A stretch of 64,000 bases of DNA from Octopus vulgaris (GCA_951406725.2 OX597815.1:182900001-182964000), one strand, 5' to 3'; counted from the first letter of the stretch, positions 1 through 13,590 are shown. Notes: generated from the letters alone by a model not told the origin. Translations and numbers: made by a program.

Positions 1-123
1 AGCAATATCGTTGCCAATCCATACGGATAAAATTTCATTTATTTCCTAAACAAGAGAAATCTACTTACAACACCACTACATAGGTAAGTGAAGGGCAAAT
101 CAACTATATTTTCGACACACAAG

Positions 124-340
124 AAGGCGGCGAGCTAGCAGAAACGTTAGCACGCCGGGCGAAATGCGTAGCCGTATTTCGTCTGGCGTTACGTTCTGTG
201 TTCAAATTCCGCCGAGGTCGACTTTGCCTTTCATCCTTTCGGGGTCGATAAATTAAGTGCCAGTTAGGCACTGGGGTCGATGTAATCGACTTAATCCGTT
301 TGTCCCCTCTGTGTTTAGCCCCTTGTGGGTAGTAAAGAAA
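124..340 (+). mobile_element. tRNA-derived SINE, family A (Deu/Nin-like central domain)
   Basis: Head GGCGGCGAGCTAGCAGAA, B-box-like GTTCAAATTCC, central GTCGACTTTGCCTTTCATCCTTTCGGGGTCGATAAATTAAGT resembling the Deu/Nin SINE domain, tail AAAGAAATA; more than 10 related copies in the window. Confidence 0.85.
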
Positions 341-743
341 TATATATTTTCATACACACATACATACTCTGTGTGTGTGTGTGTGTGTGTATGTGTGTGT
401 ATGTGTGTGTATGTGTCTATTATATACATTCATACTCATACAAGTAAAGAAAAAGGGAGATAGATAAGCAAAAATGTAACATACGTGTGTACACTCGTTT
501 GAATAAACAAACGGGAGGCAGATTACCTAATACATGTGATAGAGCATAACTATTGGAACGCAATGATTCAGCGACAATAAGATAAATGTAACGGCTGTAA
601 AATGGTAAGCAACACACTGTTAGGTTCTATTAATGAAGTTTGTTTCGATAATGTTTTTCAGAATAGTACGATGAGTACAGCAGCATAATCTTGTAGACGG
701 TTGGAGAAATGTGTACGCGATAGATATTGTCCGTTTATACTAT

Positions 744-1115
744 ACTAACGTTGCTCAGGTTTGTTTCGACCCTTTAGAATTGGAATTTTTGAAAAGTAAA
801 AAATTTGCATTATGTAGCTTGTTATTCTTTTTAAGTGAACATTTTTGTTGTTGAAATACGCAGCAGTCAAAAAATCGTAAAAAATAGGGATTTTCATAGA
901 AAAAAAGCACTTTTTTTATGTAAATACTTTTTGGTGTTAACATGGTCTGATTTGAATTTTTTCTTCTACGAAATGAAGAGCAGGCCTTCTTCTATCATAC
1001 TCTCAATTTTGGTCAACTTGCGCCGCAGGGTCTCGGAGGAGATAGTGTTAGTTGAAGGCTGCCAAACCTGCCACACACACACACACAGACAACTTCAGCT
1101 TCATATAGAGAGAGA
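744..1115 (-). mobile_element. Non-autonomous Helitron (family D), 3' hairpin partly deleted
   Basis: Minus-strand 5' end TCTCTCTATATGAAGCTGAAGTTGTC resembles the other Helitron 5' ends here; body is a close copy of 3549-3929. Confidence 0.7.
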
Positions 1116-1354
1116 TTGATATAACTGATTACTGATTATCAGTGGTCAGTAGAACTACTGCTTTGCTTATACCGGTTACATTGCTAAGATGCAAGTATGA
1201 TGTTTTGGCTGATGTTTTTAAGTGTATAAAATAAATAATTACCTCCAGTCCTCAGTTTTCATTATCATTCCAAGATAATCAAACATGGAGGATCTCGGAG
1301 CTACGGCAGAGTGAATCATTAACATCTAACCAATATGCGAGCATACATATATGT

Positions 1355-1419
<65 letters not shown>

Positions 1420-1425
<6 letters not shown>

Positions 1426-1525
1426 ATTTTCCCCCTCCCAAAAAGCCATCTCTATTCATTTTTCCATATATATATATGGAAAAATGAATAGAGATGGCTT
1501 TTTGGGAGAGGGATAATTTTTATTT
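1420..1525. repeat. Near-perfect palindrome centred on a short (TA)n
   Basis: CCAAAAAGCCATCTCTATTCATTTTTCCA-(TA)n-TGGAAAAATGAATAGAGATGGCTTTTTGG. Confidence 0.85.
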
Positions 1526-1699
1526 TAATCTTAATAATAATGTTTACTGTGAGTTACTCTGATATGAGTTTCAAATCATTTAAATTCTTCCTCGGGAGAA
1601 GGAGCTGGTTTCTAACAAACATACAAAGCTCCATATTTGGAGTGTCAATAAAGAAAACAATGTCACATTTTAAACCAGGGAATAGTTTTACATAGTTTT

Positions 1700-2260
1700 A
1701 CTGTTCCGCTTACAGATGCTTTTATAATGTGCGAATCGGTTGATTTCTTTTTCTGAAAGTCCAAGTTAGTCCAGACTAAAAGTTAGGCATTTACTTACAA
1801 TACTAAGTGCTTCAATTATTATTGATATAGATATAAGTTTGTATCCCGAATACAGAAGCTCAAGGTTTAGAAGAAGTTATCGTCTTTCCCTTTGATTTCC
1901 AAACAGATATCCACATCAACAGGGCATTTGACCTCTATGACGGTACATACTTTTTCTAGTCTGCACCAAACAAAAATATCCAGCCTGTTATGTTGAAAGT
2001 TGGTAGATATTTTGTTGAAACTTGACAGATGTTCCACCAGAATTCCTTATGCTGGTATTTGTGTTCGTCTTCAATAACAAAAGGATTCTCTTTATTTTTT
2101 CTAGGACAGTCTTTTTCGTGTGCAGTTCCTCAGTTTCCACGCTGGCGATGTTGTCCAATGAAAAAGCTTGATAGCCGTGTCGTGGCAAGCTTTATTGTCA
2201 GAACCGAAATATCGGAAGAGACACCACCTGACATTACCCTCAACACTCTAAAAGTTTCTC
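1700..2260 (-). pseudogene. Decayed RLE-type (R4/Dong/NeSL-like) non-LTR retrotransposon endonuclease fragment
   Basis: Minus-strand translation EFWWNI...HNRLDIFVWCRLEKVCTVIEVKCPVDVDI fits the RPD-x-(D/E) restriction-like endonuclease motif; frameshifted. Confidence 0.65.
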
Positions 2261-3548
2261 TAATCAGCCAGTCTGGGTTTGGTAATTTTCCGGTAACTCT
2301 GAAAGAAAGAAAATACAAAGTTGACCTTCATGGACAATAAACTCAGCGCGACACGAACCGGAATAAATTCCTAAGCATATTCTATCAAATGCTCGACCTA
2401 CTCTACCAATTTGAAAGCTATGTTATTTCCCCAAAAATTTCGGTTATGAAATATCAAGAAGCAAACAGGGGTGTTTAAACTTGCGAACTTTATGTGTATT
2501 TTCACAATCATTTCAAACATTTCTTGGCTTTTGAAAGAGCGGATTAATTTTAATAGGGGAAAACGGGTGTCCAGTAATATTATTGACATAGTGATTTATA
2601 AGAACGAAACAAAGTCATACGTTTAAAATCGAAATGAATATGTTTATCACTCTCCTAGCCTAACGTTTAAATAGTAGAAATTAGAATGAAACAGCGTTTC
2701 CATCATCATTATATTACACATTATATACCACATAAAATTGCCGGTTTTACAAATATATATAAAAACAGTAGTTTGATAACATTTTGATCGTAAATACTTA
2801 TGAACTTATTTTACAAAAATTCCCATTAGCACAAATAATATACATTGCGAGGCTATAGATCTCAGAATTTAATACACCGGAGTATTATGTAATTTCAGAG
2901 ATGAAATTTCGCGAGGATAATTTTACCACTTCACTCTATTCGCTCGAGAAAACAAATTCAGTATGATTTATATTCATATTACGAATCTGTAATTTCTTTG
3001 AACTACAAATTATTCCAGGTAAATTAATCCTTTCATTTTCATGCTGTGGTATATTTTCAGTAATGGAAATAGTTTATACGATTTTTCTTTCCAAACTGAA
3101 GCTTATAAAAATATTTCATTAATCCCTTTCCAAATAGTATGAATGCTGCATTCAGCTTCACCTCTTCAAAACTCTTGTAATTTCGTGCCTACATAACAGT
3201 TTTTACGGTGCACATTTCACTTTATGCAGCGTTTTCCATGTCGCTGTTGCTTAGGTATAAATTCACAGATCCATTCGCATTACACATAAAAATACACGTC
3301 GTCATTATGCAATATGTCAATAAAATGACTATTTCTTGAGTTTGTGTCCCGTTCCTTATAGTAAATAAGTCTATCAACTCTGGTTATATAAACGTAATAT
3401 TACACCCACTATGAAAACGACGATTTTTTAAAACCCTCGTTTCATATTATTGCATGCTATAAAACGAGGAGTGTGTCAGTGAAACACTGTAGCAAGAAAA
3501 TGCTTAGATCACGTAGTTTAGATTGGTAAGAGGTTAAAGTATTTAATA

Positions 3549-3929
3549 CCAGAAGTATCGCCCGGCGTTGCTCGGGTTTGTTTCGACCCTTTAGAATTGG
3601 AATTTTTGAAAAGTAAAACTTTTACATTATGTAGCTTGTTATTCTCTTTAAGTGAACATTCTTCTGGTTGAAATACACCGAAAAATGGCGACACAGCAGT
3701 CAAAAAATCGTAAAAAATAGGGATTTTCATAGAAAAAAAAACACCTTTTTGATGTATATACTTTTTGGTCTTAACATGGCCCGATTTGAATTTTGTCTTC
3801 TAGGGAAGGAGAGGCAAGCCTTCTTCTATCATACTCTCAATTTTGGCCAACTTGCGCCGCAAGGTCTCGGAGGAGATAGTGTTAGTTGAAGGCTACCAAA
3901 CCTGCCATACACAGGCAACTAGAGAGAGA
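3549..3929 (-). mobile_element. Non-autonomous Helitron (family D)
   Basis: Minus strand: A|TC start, 3' hairpin CCCGAGCAACGCCGGG, 8-nt spacer, CTGG|T (CTRR end); no TSD. Confidence 0.8.
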
Positions 3930-5047
3930 TTTGGATGCATCAACGGATGAAAACATTTGAAGCGCTGAAGGGACCTTTCTGAGAAACTGTCCGTCATAGG
4001 TAATTCTGTATGTTACATGAGAAATCAACTGCTTAATATAGAGACGTTATCAGAGTACTTAGCAATGCACAGACTTCAGGTTTTGTATTTCTTTGTAAGA
4101 CCTAAAATGTTTCTGTCTCAAACAGGTGGCTAGTATTAATTCCAGCTTCGTAATTGGAATTCTTCCAAATATTCTGATAACATTTTTGGTGATAGATAAG
4201 CTGCAGAATTCTTGATAGAGAATGTATTGCTAGAGGATTATTGATTCAAGAACGTTACAGCATATTATAGCATATGATTCCAAATAGCCATCATCATTGT
4301 GTTGCTTATATATTTAACAATATATTGTACGTATCACTAAGCAAGACATTGAAGATTGTATTCGATATAACGTAGGATATCATTCACAAAAAGTCATTCA
4401 TGTTAGTTCCCACCTAAACAGCCGCATAAGAGCAAATAAAGAAGCTAAGGGCTCTTCTTAAAAGATCTATGGCTCATAATTTCACAAGTTTAATATAATA
4501 ATATATTGCTGTGTCTGATATCGACTATATTTATGGAAATCATTCGCACCGTTGATTTTAAATGATAGGTAAAGTGATCGTTTGAACATTCGCCAAAATC
4601 AATGAACGAATGGATGCCAGCATTCTTGCTGAATGGTTACTACTTATTGTAAATTATATTAACTGTTGCCATTTTGAGCCAAAAAATAAGATTTTAAAGG
4701 CAAAAAAGTATAAATTATTACATAAAATATATAATTATTGCATCAAGTACTGGTGTTAATATAATATATACATCAATCATGTAATGAAGTTTCTGATAGG
4801 TCAAAATTAGATGAAACAAATAAAATAAAATGACATATAAAACCCCAAAAAAAGAAAACAAAACGTCCAATAATAGTTGTTCATTCGCTCATTAAAATTT
4901 GTGGTTATGAATGGAATTTTGGGAATATGTTCCAAAAATATTAACAAAGTATAAAATTGGGATCCACAAAAAGGCAATATATTTTAAGATCAATAGAGTC
5001 TTCGAAGATGTTCTAAACGTGTGATGTTTTTAGACTTCTATGCCACA

Positions 5048-5050
<3 letters not shown>

Positions 5051-5111
<61 letters not shown>

Positions 5112-5240
5112 CGTGCGTGTGTGTGTGTGTGCGTGTGTGCTTGCGTGCGTATATGGGTGGATGGATAGCTGGATGAATGGATGGATGGATGTATGGATGG
5201 ATGAATGGATGGATGGATGGATGGATGAAGGGATGGATAG
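5051..5240. repeat. (GT)n followed by (GGAT)n microsatellite
   Basis: Directly visible. Confidence 0.95.
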
Positions 5241-5483
5241 ATGGAACGCGGGAGGGAAAGTAATTTAGATTATTGCATTTTTGCAGGCATAATTTGGTAA
5301 TTTTGATAGGAACTGCACTAATATTCCGGATGTATATATATATATATCGTTCGAATTTTCGGCATACGAGTGAAAACAGTTTGACAAAGAAAGTTGTGAC
5401 TGATATAGACTGCATATTAATTTTTAAATAGAAATTCTACATAGAAAAATGAAACAAAGAAACATTATAGCTTTTAAACATTT

Positions 5484-5542
5484 GTGTGTGTGAGTGTGTG
5501 TGTATGTGTATGTGTATGTGTGTGTGTGTGTGTGTGCGTGTG

Positions 5543-5624
<82 letters not shown>
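5484..5624. repeat. (GT)n microsatellite
   Basis: Directly visible. Confidence 0.95.
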
Positions 5625-5630
<6 letters not shown>

Positions 5631-5689
5631 GGTGACGAGGACGATGATGACGAAAACATCTACAAATATACAAATACCCCCTCTGAAAA

Positions 5690-6110
5690 TAAACTAGTAG
5701 ATCTATGGACGAGATATCGAGGGTATTGCTACATCATATCTCCGAAAAATATATATTAACATCGGTAAAATAACGACTGCAAAATCCCTGAGCAAATGGC
5801 TGATATACTGAACAAATCTTGTATAATACACATTAACCTGTTTGTGAAACATTTTTGTTTTTGTTGAGTTTTTTTGTTTCGTACAAGAGATATTTCCAAA
5901 TTTTTGCAATGCTTCATAACGCGTGTCCCCATCAAGTCTGAATACATAAACTCAGTGCAAATCAAGCCAATACCTCAACAGATAAAATGCGCACATGGAT
6001 TCAAAGAACAAATAACAGTAAAATTTAGAACATATCGCTTGTGTAAAGTATGAAAATTAAAGAAGATACGAAACATTGCTATTAACAAATAAATCATGCA
6101 ATCTTAAGTG
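5690..6110 (+). pseudogene. Possible highly decayed Penelope-like RT fragment
   Basis: LWTRYRGYCYII resembles the Penelope WxRYxDDxF motif and the LWTRYMNDI segment near 43.85 kb; heavily degraded. Confidence 0.3.
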
Positions 6111-6135
6111 TCTATTTCCAAATGCTTCCAAATAA

Positions 6136-6272
6136 ATATTAATTAGAGACGAAACCACTATTATGCAAATCAAACAAAGAAAGACTTAATCCAATACATA
6201 AAAAATTTTATATAAATTAAATATAATTAAGATTAATTAATTTGATTTGCATAATAGTGGTTTTGTCTCTAA

Positions 6273-6281
<9 letters not shown>
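6136..6281. repeat. Inverted repeat with ~40-bp arms adjoining (TA)n
   Basis: AATATTAATTAGAGACGAAACCACTATTATGCAAATCAAA vs TTTGATTTGCATAATAGTGGTTTTGTCTCTAATTAATATT. Confidence 0.8.
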
Positions 6282-6326
<45 letters not shown>

Positions 6327-6383
6327 TTATATTTGTTCCACGTCCTCGCGTTGTTGTGTTTTTTGGTGCTTTCTTGTTTGGAT

Positions 6384-6420
<37 letters not shown>

Positions 6421-6636
6421 TGTCTTTATTTAAACGTTCTTGTACAGAAATTGTTTCTTTGCACTAGTAGATGGGAAAAACTGTGAAGTTTGGTTGGATA
6501 TTACTTACACATCTCCCTATGTGTTCACTCAAATAAATCTGTGTGGGAAACGCTAGAAAATTTTCCTTTTGGAACATGATAAAAAAATAATAAAATGGCA
6601 GGAATATATGAAAAATATATGAACTCAATACCATTA

Positions 6637-7075
6637 GGATCTTTTCGGTTTGAGCGGCAGTTTTTAACATAATTTCTAGGTAACTAAAAAATTTTAAACT
6701 TCGTATACTGGTAGAATGTGTTTATAAAACATCTTTTTCTCTTGGCTTTATTGAGAAAATTCTATTGTTTGTAAGATATTTGTTGTTGTTTTCTTCAATT
6801 TCTGCAATTTCAACCAATCAATGACGTCTATTGAGGTGAAAACATTCTGTGCCGTATGAATATGTCCCTCGTTTAAGAAACAGATTGGGTTTATTTACAT
6901 TTGTGAAGAAAAAATATACCCCTCCCCCCACCCCTAACCCTAACCCTAACTAATCCTAACTAACCCTAACCCTAAAATAGATTGAAATGCAATAGATCGA
7001 TACTAGGGTCATAATTATGGGTGACAATTTCATATGACACCGCTAGAAAAACTGCCGTTCAAACCGAAAAGATCC
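6637..7075. mobile_element. MITE with ~28-bp TIRs and internal (CCCTAA)n tract
   Basis: GGATCTTTTCGGTTTGAGCGGCAGTTTTT ... AAAAACTGCCGTTCAAACCGAAAAGATCC; flanks TACCATTA/CACCATTA. Confidence 0.85.
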
Positions 7076-9707
7076 CACCATTAATTTTATCACGTAAACT
7101 ACAGCTCAAACCAATCCCAGAAGAGCCCAAACAACAAAGACCACTTAGGGAGAAATTAACACTAGAGAAAGTCAAAATAGGAACTGAATTACTTAAAATT
7201 AGAGCATTTAATAACGAGCAATGCACACCGAACTCACTAAACACGATTAACACCTTTTGGAAAGAGTTTTAAAACTATGGAAAAATAGCTGTGAGTCGGA
7301 AGAGATAAATTCCCATTCAACGCTAGGAAAACAGTGTCAACTTCTTCCTTGGTTACGAAACTCTGTTTTAAAAAGACTACAGTTCAGATGACCCCTTCCT
7401 GAAAAAATCTAGAACAAATACTTGTACAGAAATAAATAAACAGCCAACTACATTAAACTATAAACATCTAAAAGAACACAAACAGACAAAACTACTTAGA
7501 AGTAAACAATATAAAAAAATAACGATGATGAAAAGTTTTTGTTTTGAAAAATATAGAAAGGGAAAGAGAAAAAACTGTCCAAAATCATGTGTAAATGTAA
7601 CCACTCGACTTCGGGGATCGAGTGGGCATTGCGCCTCATTTTATTATTATTCATAATTTCATTCGTTTCTTTTATTTTTTACTTCTTTGCTCGATTTCCT
7701 TTTTGTTTTTTTTATTTCACCGATTTTATATTGTCTTCCGTGCTGTATAAACCTCTATGTTTAGTCCCTAGTGGGTAATAAAAACACGAAGCGTTGGTAA
7801 ACCGAGGTACTACTGTATTAAAAGAATATGAGAAAGACAGGAGATAAAGCACGATTTATTCGTGATCAGAGTTGTTCGAAAACCGAGGAACTACTGTATT
7901 TGCTTTGCACTGTTTTAAGTTTGGTTCCTGTAAAACTAGAATCTATTTTTAACTTTGAGTTATATGGCATAATAAAAACGGAAATAGTTTTAAAATACCG
8001 ACTTTGGTATCTCACCCCGGTTGAAATATATATATATATACATATATAACGTCAATATATGTTTTGATACTTCAAAACTCCATCTAATAATATAGATTCT
8101 ATGCTCACTGTAGCAATTGCTGAACTGTTTCTAAGTTTAATCTCGGTCAATTTCAAAGCAAAGTCTAAGCAACGCATTAATGACTCAGGTAATTTTGTGG
8201 ACACCTATTAAAATATAGCATTTCTAAGACCGAAATAAAAAGCGAAACACACTTGATATCTAAATATTATTAGTAAACACTGATAAGTGTGACTAATTGA
8301 TTGCTTCAGTGACCGGTTAATATAATATGAAACGTGTCGGTAAGCAAACGTTATATTTTTTATGTTGTTTTGTCGTGTGTTTTATCAGTACGCTACTTAT
8401 TTCATTCAAGCGTAAAATGATTAATATGTAAATAACGTCTCTCGATCCATAAATTTATAAATTTTCAATGACAGTTTTTTTTTGGCTTATTATTTTACAT
8501 TTTTTTTTTTCCTTTTGCTCTTTGTTTGATGCCATCAGCTATAAATCCGGTAATTTCCTTCATTTTTTTATGTGCCACAAACATTCATTTTAGAAACTTC
8601 AATAACTTGCAGCTATAATATTAAGCTGATGCTTATTTATGATTTTTTTTAAATATGATATCCTATGATTATCCAATGGTTTTCTTCAGAAGGAAAACGT
8701 CGTTAATTTAAGAATATACTACGACCATTTAACATAGTAATATTCCTAAATTTTCTTACGTCGTGCTCATAAAAACATATTTGAGACTCAGAAATAATTT
8801 TTCACATTAAATTCTGTTTGGTTGATTTTGTTCTGTTGAGAAATTTGACAGTAGAATCATTACAGCGTCGGGGGTGGAAAATGCATGGCGATATTATTTC
8901 GTTATTTCTTCAACTTATTCTTTCAACACTTCTGATTAGAAAAACTGTGATACCAGTCAAGTATCGGCTAAATCGGACCTCTAAAGTGATTGACTTGAGT
9001 TTAAACTAGAAATCATTTAAAGGCAGCGAACTGGAGCTGTAAAGCATCGGAAAACACCTTATGTTATTTGTACTGGCACTTTACACCCAGATTTCAAATT
9101 GCAATGAGTTCATATTTGCCTTCCATCCACTCGGAATCAAGTATTGGATTGTTGGCATCGATTAAGCCCCCTTCTCAGAACCTCTGATCTTAGCACACCC
9201 GGCAAAATCTTTAGCAGCATTTTTCGGCCGTCTATACGCTCTGAGTTCAAATTCCTTCGAGGCCATCTTTGCCTTTCATCCTTTCGGGAGCGATAAAATA
9301 AGTACCAGCTTACTGGTGTCCATGCAATCGGATTACTCGCTCCCTAAAATTGCTGACCTTGTGCCCAAATTTGTAGTTAATATCATTATTATGAAAACTT
9401 TCTCTTTTGCAGTTTATGCGAGTTTCTACTGCACCATCTGCTGTACCTTTCTTTACCTGCGATGTTTGCAACAATGTGTTCGTATTTTTATGGTGATTGG
9501 GGATGTTTGTAGAGTCCTTCTGTTTCTACACCAGTTTGTTTTGTTATGGGGCTTCTTGTTTCATGTTATATTAGTATATTTTGTGTTATGCATTGTGTGT
9601 GTGATGTCACAAGTTTTCTATAGTTTATGTTGCATTAATTGTGTTGCTCAAGATTATTTGGTGCTTGTTCTACAGAATTTGTATTGCGTGTGAATATTAT
9701 TATTGTA

Positions 9708-9738
<31 letters not shown>

Positions 9739-9739
<1 letters not shown>

Positions 9740-10190
9740 GAGAAAGCAGTACATTCCATCAAAGTGGCACTGGAGTACAAATATACGACGCCCAGTGTAC
9801 CCATCATGACTACCCGTCTGATAACGGTACACTAGGCACATGCACCACAACCATACGTACATGACATGGTGATCTCATATCAAGATAAACAGCGTCTGAC
9901 CTTGCAAGTGGGCCCAAATAGAATTTTCTTCATGTTGAGTAGCCCATTTCGGTCAAAAGATCCCTGAATAATGTTTTGTTTAAGGATTTTGAATGAAACA
10001 TATCGTCAGCCACTAAGAGACATGCTCAACTGGTTAAGGTCAAACAACTGACAAGCAAATTTGTGGTATTGAGCAGAATATTTGCTGTAGCCCATCTTTT
10101 ATACAAAAACAAAACAATGTACATGATAACACTTCCAATCAGTTAAGATCAGAAGCCAAGAGAGCCACTGCCTGGTACTAAATCAGGGCA
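9739..10190. mobile_element. ~555-bp (ATT)n-associated non-coding element, internally deleted copy
   Basis: Same sequence as the units at 22381-24077; follows (ATT)n; the missing internal piece reappears at ~10200-10280. Confidence 0.85.
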
Positions 10191-10482
10191 ATGCTCTCTC
10201 ACTACTTCTGCTCGTGATCAGAGATGCACATTTTGTCAGCCACTAAGGAATATACTCAACCGATTAAGGTCAAACAAGCAACTGATTATTATTGTTGTTT
10301 TTGCTGTTGTTGTTATTATTATTATATTAAAACCCACAGCTTATATTGCTGGGTATGATGGAAGCGTCAGCTCTCCACAGCCAGCAGACTAAGGTGACAC
10401 TTATTTTACTGGTTATGCTTCAAGAACCATGCGAAGAATTCTTTCAGTTCCAATATGATTATTATTATTATTATTATTATTA

Positions 10483-10519
<37 letters not shown>

Positions 10520-10520
<1 letters not shown>

Positions 10521-11280
10521 TAGTCTTATTGTTATCACGTGCTTTCATTACACTACCGAGCGCAGCTCTGTGTGCCTTGAGTGTGTGTGTTATGGTTTGT
10601 TGGTGCTCTTGTTTTCACTGAAATTAAATGTCTTACGTTGGATGTGTGCGGTGTCTAGTAGTGCTATTTTCTGTATGTTATATATACTTGAAAGTCCTGG
10701 CGATTTTTGTTATGTATTTGTCTGAATATTTTTTTATCATACCTAATGCGCCTCCTATGATAGGAATTGTTTCTGTTTTTAAGTTCTACATTCGAGTTAC
10801 CTCTATTTCTAGAGCTTTGTATTTTGAAAGTTTCTCCGTTTCTTTTAGAGAAGCATTGTCACCTGTTGGTATTGATACATCCATTAGAAAGCACATTTTT
10901 CTTGGTGATCTCTGACAACCACATCCTGCCCACCACCTTTGACTTCTCTATCTGTGTGCACTGGCACATTCCAGAGCATAGTTGCTTTCTCATTCTCCGC
11001 GATCCTTTCTGTGGCGTGCCTATACCATCCTTTTCCTGTTGCTATTCTATAGCACATGTAGATCCCAACTCTGTCGTATCTGTGAATATATTCCTTCTTG
11101 GCCAGGATTGGACAGCCAGAGAATATGATTTATTGCTTCTTCTCCATCACCACAAATTCTGCAGTTACTTGTATTTCTTTTCATTATGCGTCTTTGGTGA
11201 TTTCTGTTGGGAAGACTTTCACCTTGCGCCGCAATTAACAATCCTTCAGTCTGTGTTTTGAGTCCTGATCTTCTCAGCCA

Positions 11281-11281
<1 letters not shown>
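10520..11281 (-). pseudogene. 3' part of RLE-type (R4/Dong-like) LINE between (TAT)n tracts
   Basis: Minus-strand WLRRSGLKTQTEGLLIAAQ...CRICGDGEEAINHIL (CCHC knuckle), then RLE-like segments ...KLSKYKALEIE...PIIIGALG. Confidence 0.85.
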
Positions 11282-11346
<65 letters not shown>

Positions 11347-11347
<1 letters not shown>

Positions 11348-11640
11348 TCCATTAGCATCTTCTTTCAATTCTGTTTCCATTTCTTGCCGAGTGTCTTCCT
11401 GAGACCTAGGGCAGTCCTGTGACTCAAAGAGACAATGCTCTTCTTAGAATGCGAGCTGTACCCAACAATGCTGTCTTCTGGATCACTTAGAGCCTGACAG
11501 CAGATCCAATATTCTTAATATGTTTTTCAAAGCCCTTGGAAACTGCCCCTAATGCTCCAATTACCACCGGTATCACCATTACTTTCCTCATGCCTCATAA
11601 CTTTCCTATCGCGTCCCGCAGTGGCTGGTATCTCTCAATC

Positions 11641-11674
<34 letters not shown>

Positions 11675-12010
11675 TTTCCTTATCATCTTCTATCAATTGT
11701 TCCATTTCTTACCAAGTGTCTTCCTGACACCCAGGACAGAGAAACGCACTGTATACATTGGTAGGCTATTTAAAGTAAACGCACCAGATTGTTCATTCAG
11801 AAAGTCATGTGATACAGAAAAGTTGAAAGATAGACAGAGAGAAAAAAGTAAAGTAAACAAAGAAAATAAAGAAGAAAATGGGCAAGAAACCTCCCACCGA
11901 CAATGCACTTCTCAATACGTGTAATGCACCAGTTAAGATAATCTCTTGCACTTCCTGCATGGATGGTAAGCCACGGATCATTCTTAAATAATTTTCAGTT
12001 CTTTTCTTTA
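11347..12010 (-). pseudogene. Additional short 3'-end fragments of RLE-type LINEs separated by (TAT)n
   Basis: VIVIPVVIGALGAV-like and LPSMQEVQEIILTGALHVLR C-terminal motifs; repeated 3' UTR GAAGACACT(C/T)GG(C/T)AAGAAATGGAA. Confidence 0.7.
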
Positions 12011-13034
12011 TCATTTTTGTTGTTGTTGTTGTTGATGCTGTTATATACTACATGTGCATACATGTCTATATCATGTGGCGCAAACCTATCAATATGGTTT
12101 ATTCGATTTAATCGATCTCAGTGCATTAGTTTTAGTCACCAAAGCTACAACCATGTTTGAACACCACTTTATTCTGTTTATCAATTTACTCACTAATGAA
12201 ATTATAAGTTGGATTAAGTCTCAAGGGTTGAATTAATTAAACAGACAGTAATATTTTTGGCCATATCAGTAATGCTGATCACAATTTTTCTTTTAGTGAG
12301 AATTTTTTAAAAGCACTCATCTTTATCGTTTATTGAGCAAAAGTTTAGATATGGGAATAAGATATCTCCGAGAATAATATAATCACTTTATTTGTTGGTA
12401 GGTTAAAATGAAACATATTTCAAATTATATGATGAAATATTTAAGCTATTTACGATTAGCTATTAATTATTTATTTCATTCGACAACACGATCAATTTGT
12501 ATGGCTGTGTGGTAAGAAGCTTGCTTCCCATCCATACACATATTAAATTTGTGGGAAACTAATTCTTCATTCACCTGGTATTATATATAATATAATTAAG
12601 AAATAATGGTAGTTTGAATAAAACTTAATTAAAAGAAAATTATTGGGTCCGTTGGACTCAGTTGGTAATTAGTGACATACACATTCCCTGGTAGACCAAG
12701 TGTTAAAGGAGTTGCTCGAAACGGCCGTAAGGAATTGACACTTATACATCTTTGTTACTCATCTATATTTTACTCACCTCCCTAAGAATCTGCACTTCGG
12801 AAGTATTCGGAAAGTATCTTAATATAAAGTCCATGTCTGAACAAACAAGAGCGGATGCATTCACTAAATTGGATCGTGCCATCTGCATACACTGCATGAA
12901 TACCGGGTAGAAAAAATTCTATGTAGAGTTTGATCATCACCTAATTGTTTGAGTGTGCAAATAAGTTCGTCCTAACAAGGTGCCCCAATTTAAGTACCTA
13001 ATTCAACTGAAACTAAATTACATTATATATATAT

Positions 13035-13104
<70 letters not shown>
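13035..13104. repeat. (GATA)n microsatellite
   Basis: Directly visible. Confidence 0.95.
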
Positions 13105-13106
<2 letters not shown>

Positions 13107-13139
13107 AACTTACTTGGAAAAGGATGCGTAGCGTTCGAT

Positions 13140-13490
13140 CATATAATAATATAATATATAAATATATGCATATATACATACATATATGTACATACCTACA
13201 TATATGTATATATACATGCGTATATGGGTACAGGACATCAAAAATACGTTGAACACAATGAGAAACGAAAACTTAAAAACAAAAACATAGAAAATGAACT
13301 TTTTTTCGAACAACGAAAAAACAAACAGAAAAACGAGACATGCAACATAAAGAACATTCCCTTCATCAGTTGTCCCTGTCTTATCTACTCAGCGTTCCGA
13401 AGGCAACGTTTTTTGATGTCCTGTACTCATATATGCATGTATATATACATATGTGTAGGTATGTACATATATGTATATATTATATATATA
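13140..13490. repeat. Inverted repeat (foldback), arms ~90-100 bp including TA-rich flanks
   Basis: TATGGGTACAGGACATCAAAAATACGTTG vs CAACGTTTTTTGATGTCCTGTACTCATA, with mirrored GTACATACCTACA/TGTAGGTATGTAC flanks. Confidence 0.8.
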
Positions 13491-13590
13491 TAACGGGAAG
13501 CTTTATGAAGATAGACAAAAGACGAAGGCAGGTGGGAAACAAACAAACAATTGTATTAGTATGGCGCTCAGGAAATATAAATAAAACAAG

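Noticed and set aside
6932-6975. True telomere or chromosome-fusion scar
   Set aside because: Short, degenerate and enclosed within MITE TIRs
13350-13405. CTGATGA on the minus strand as a type II hammerhead
   Set aside because: GGAAC instead of GAAAC and no stem I pairing
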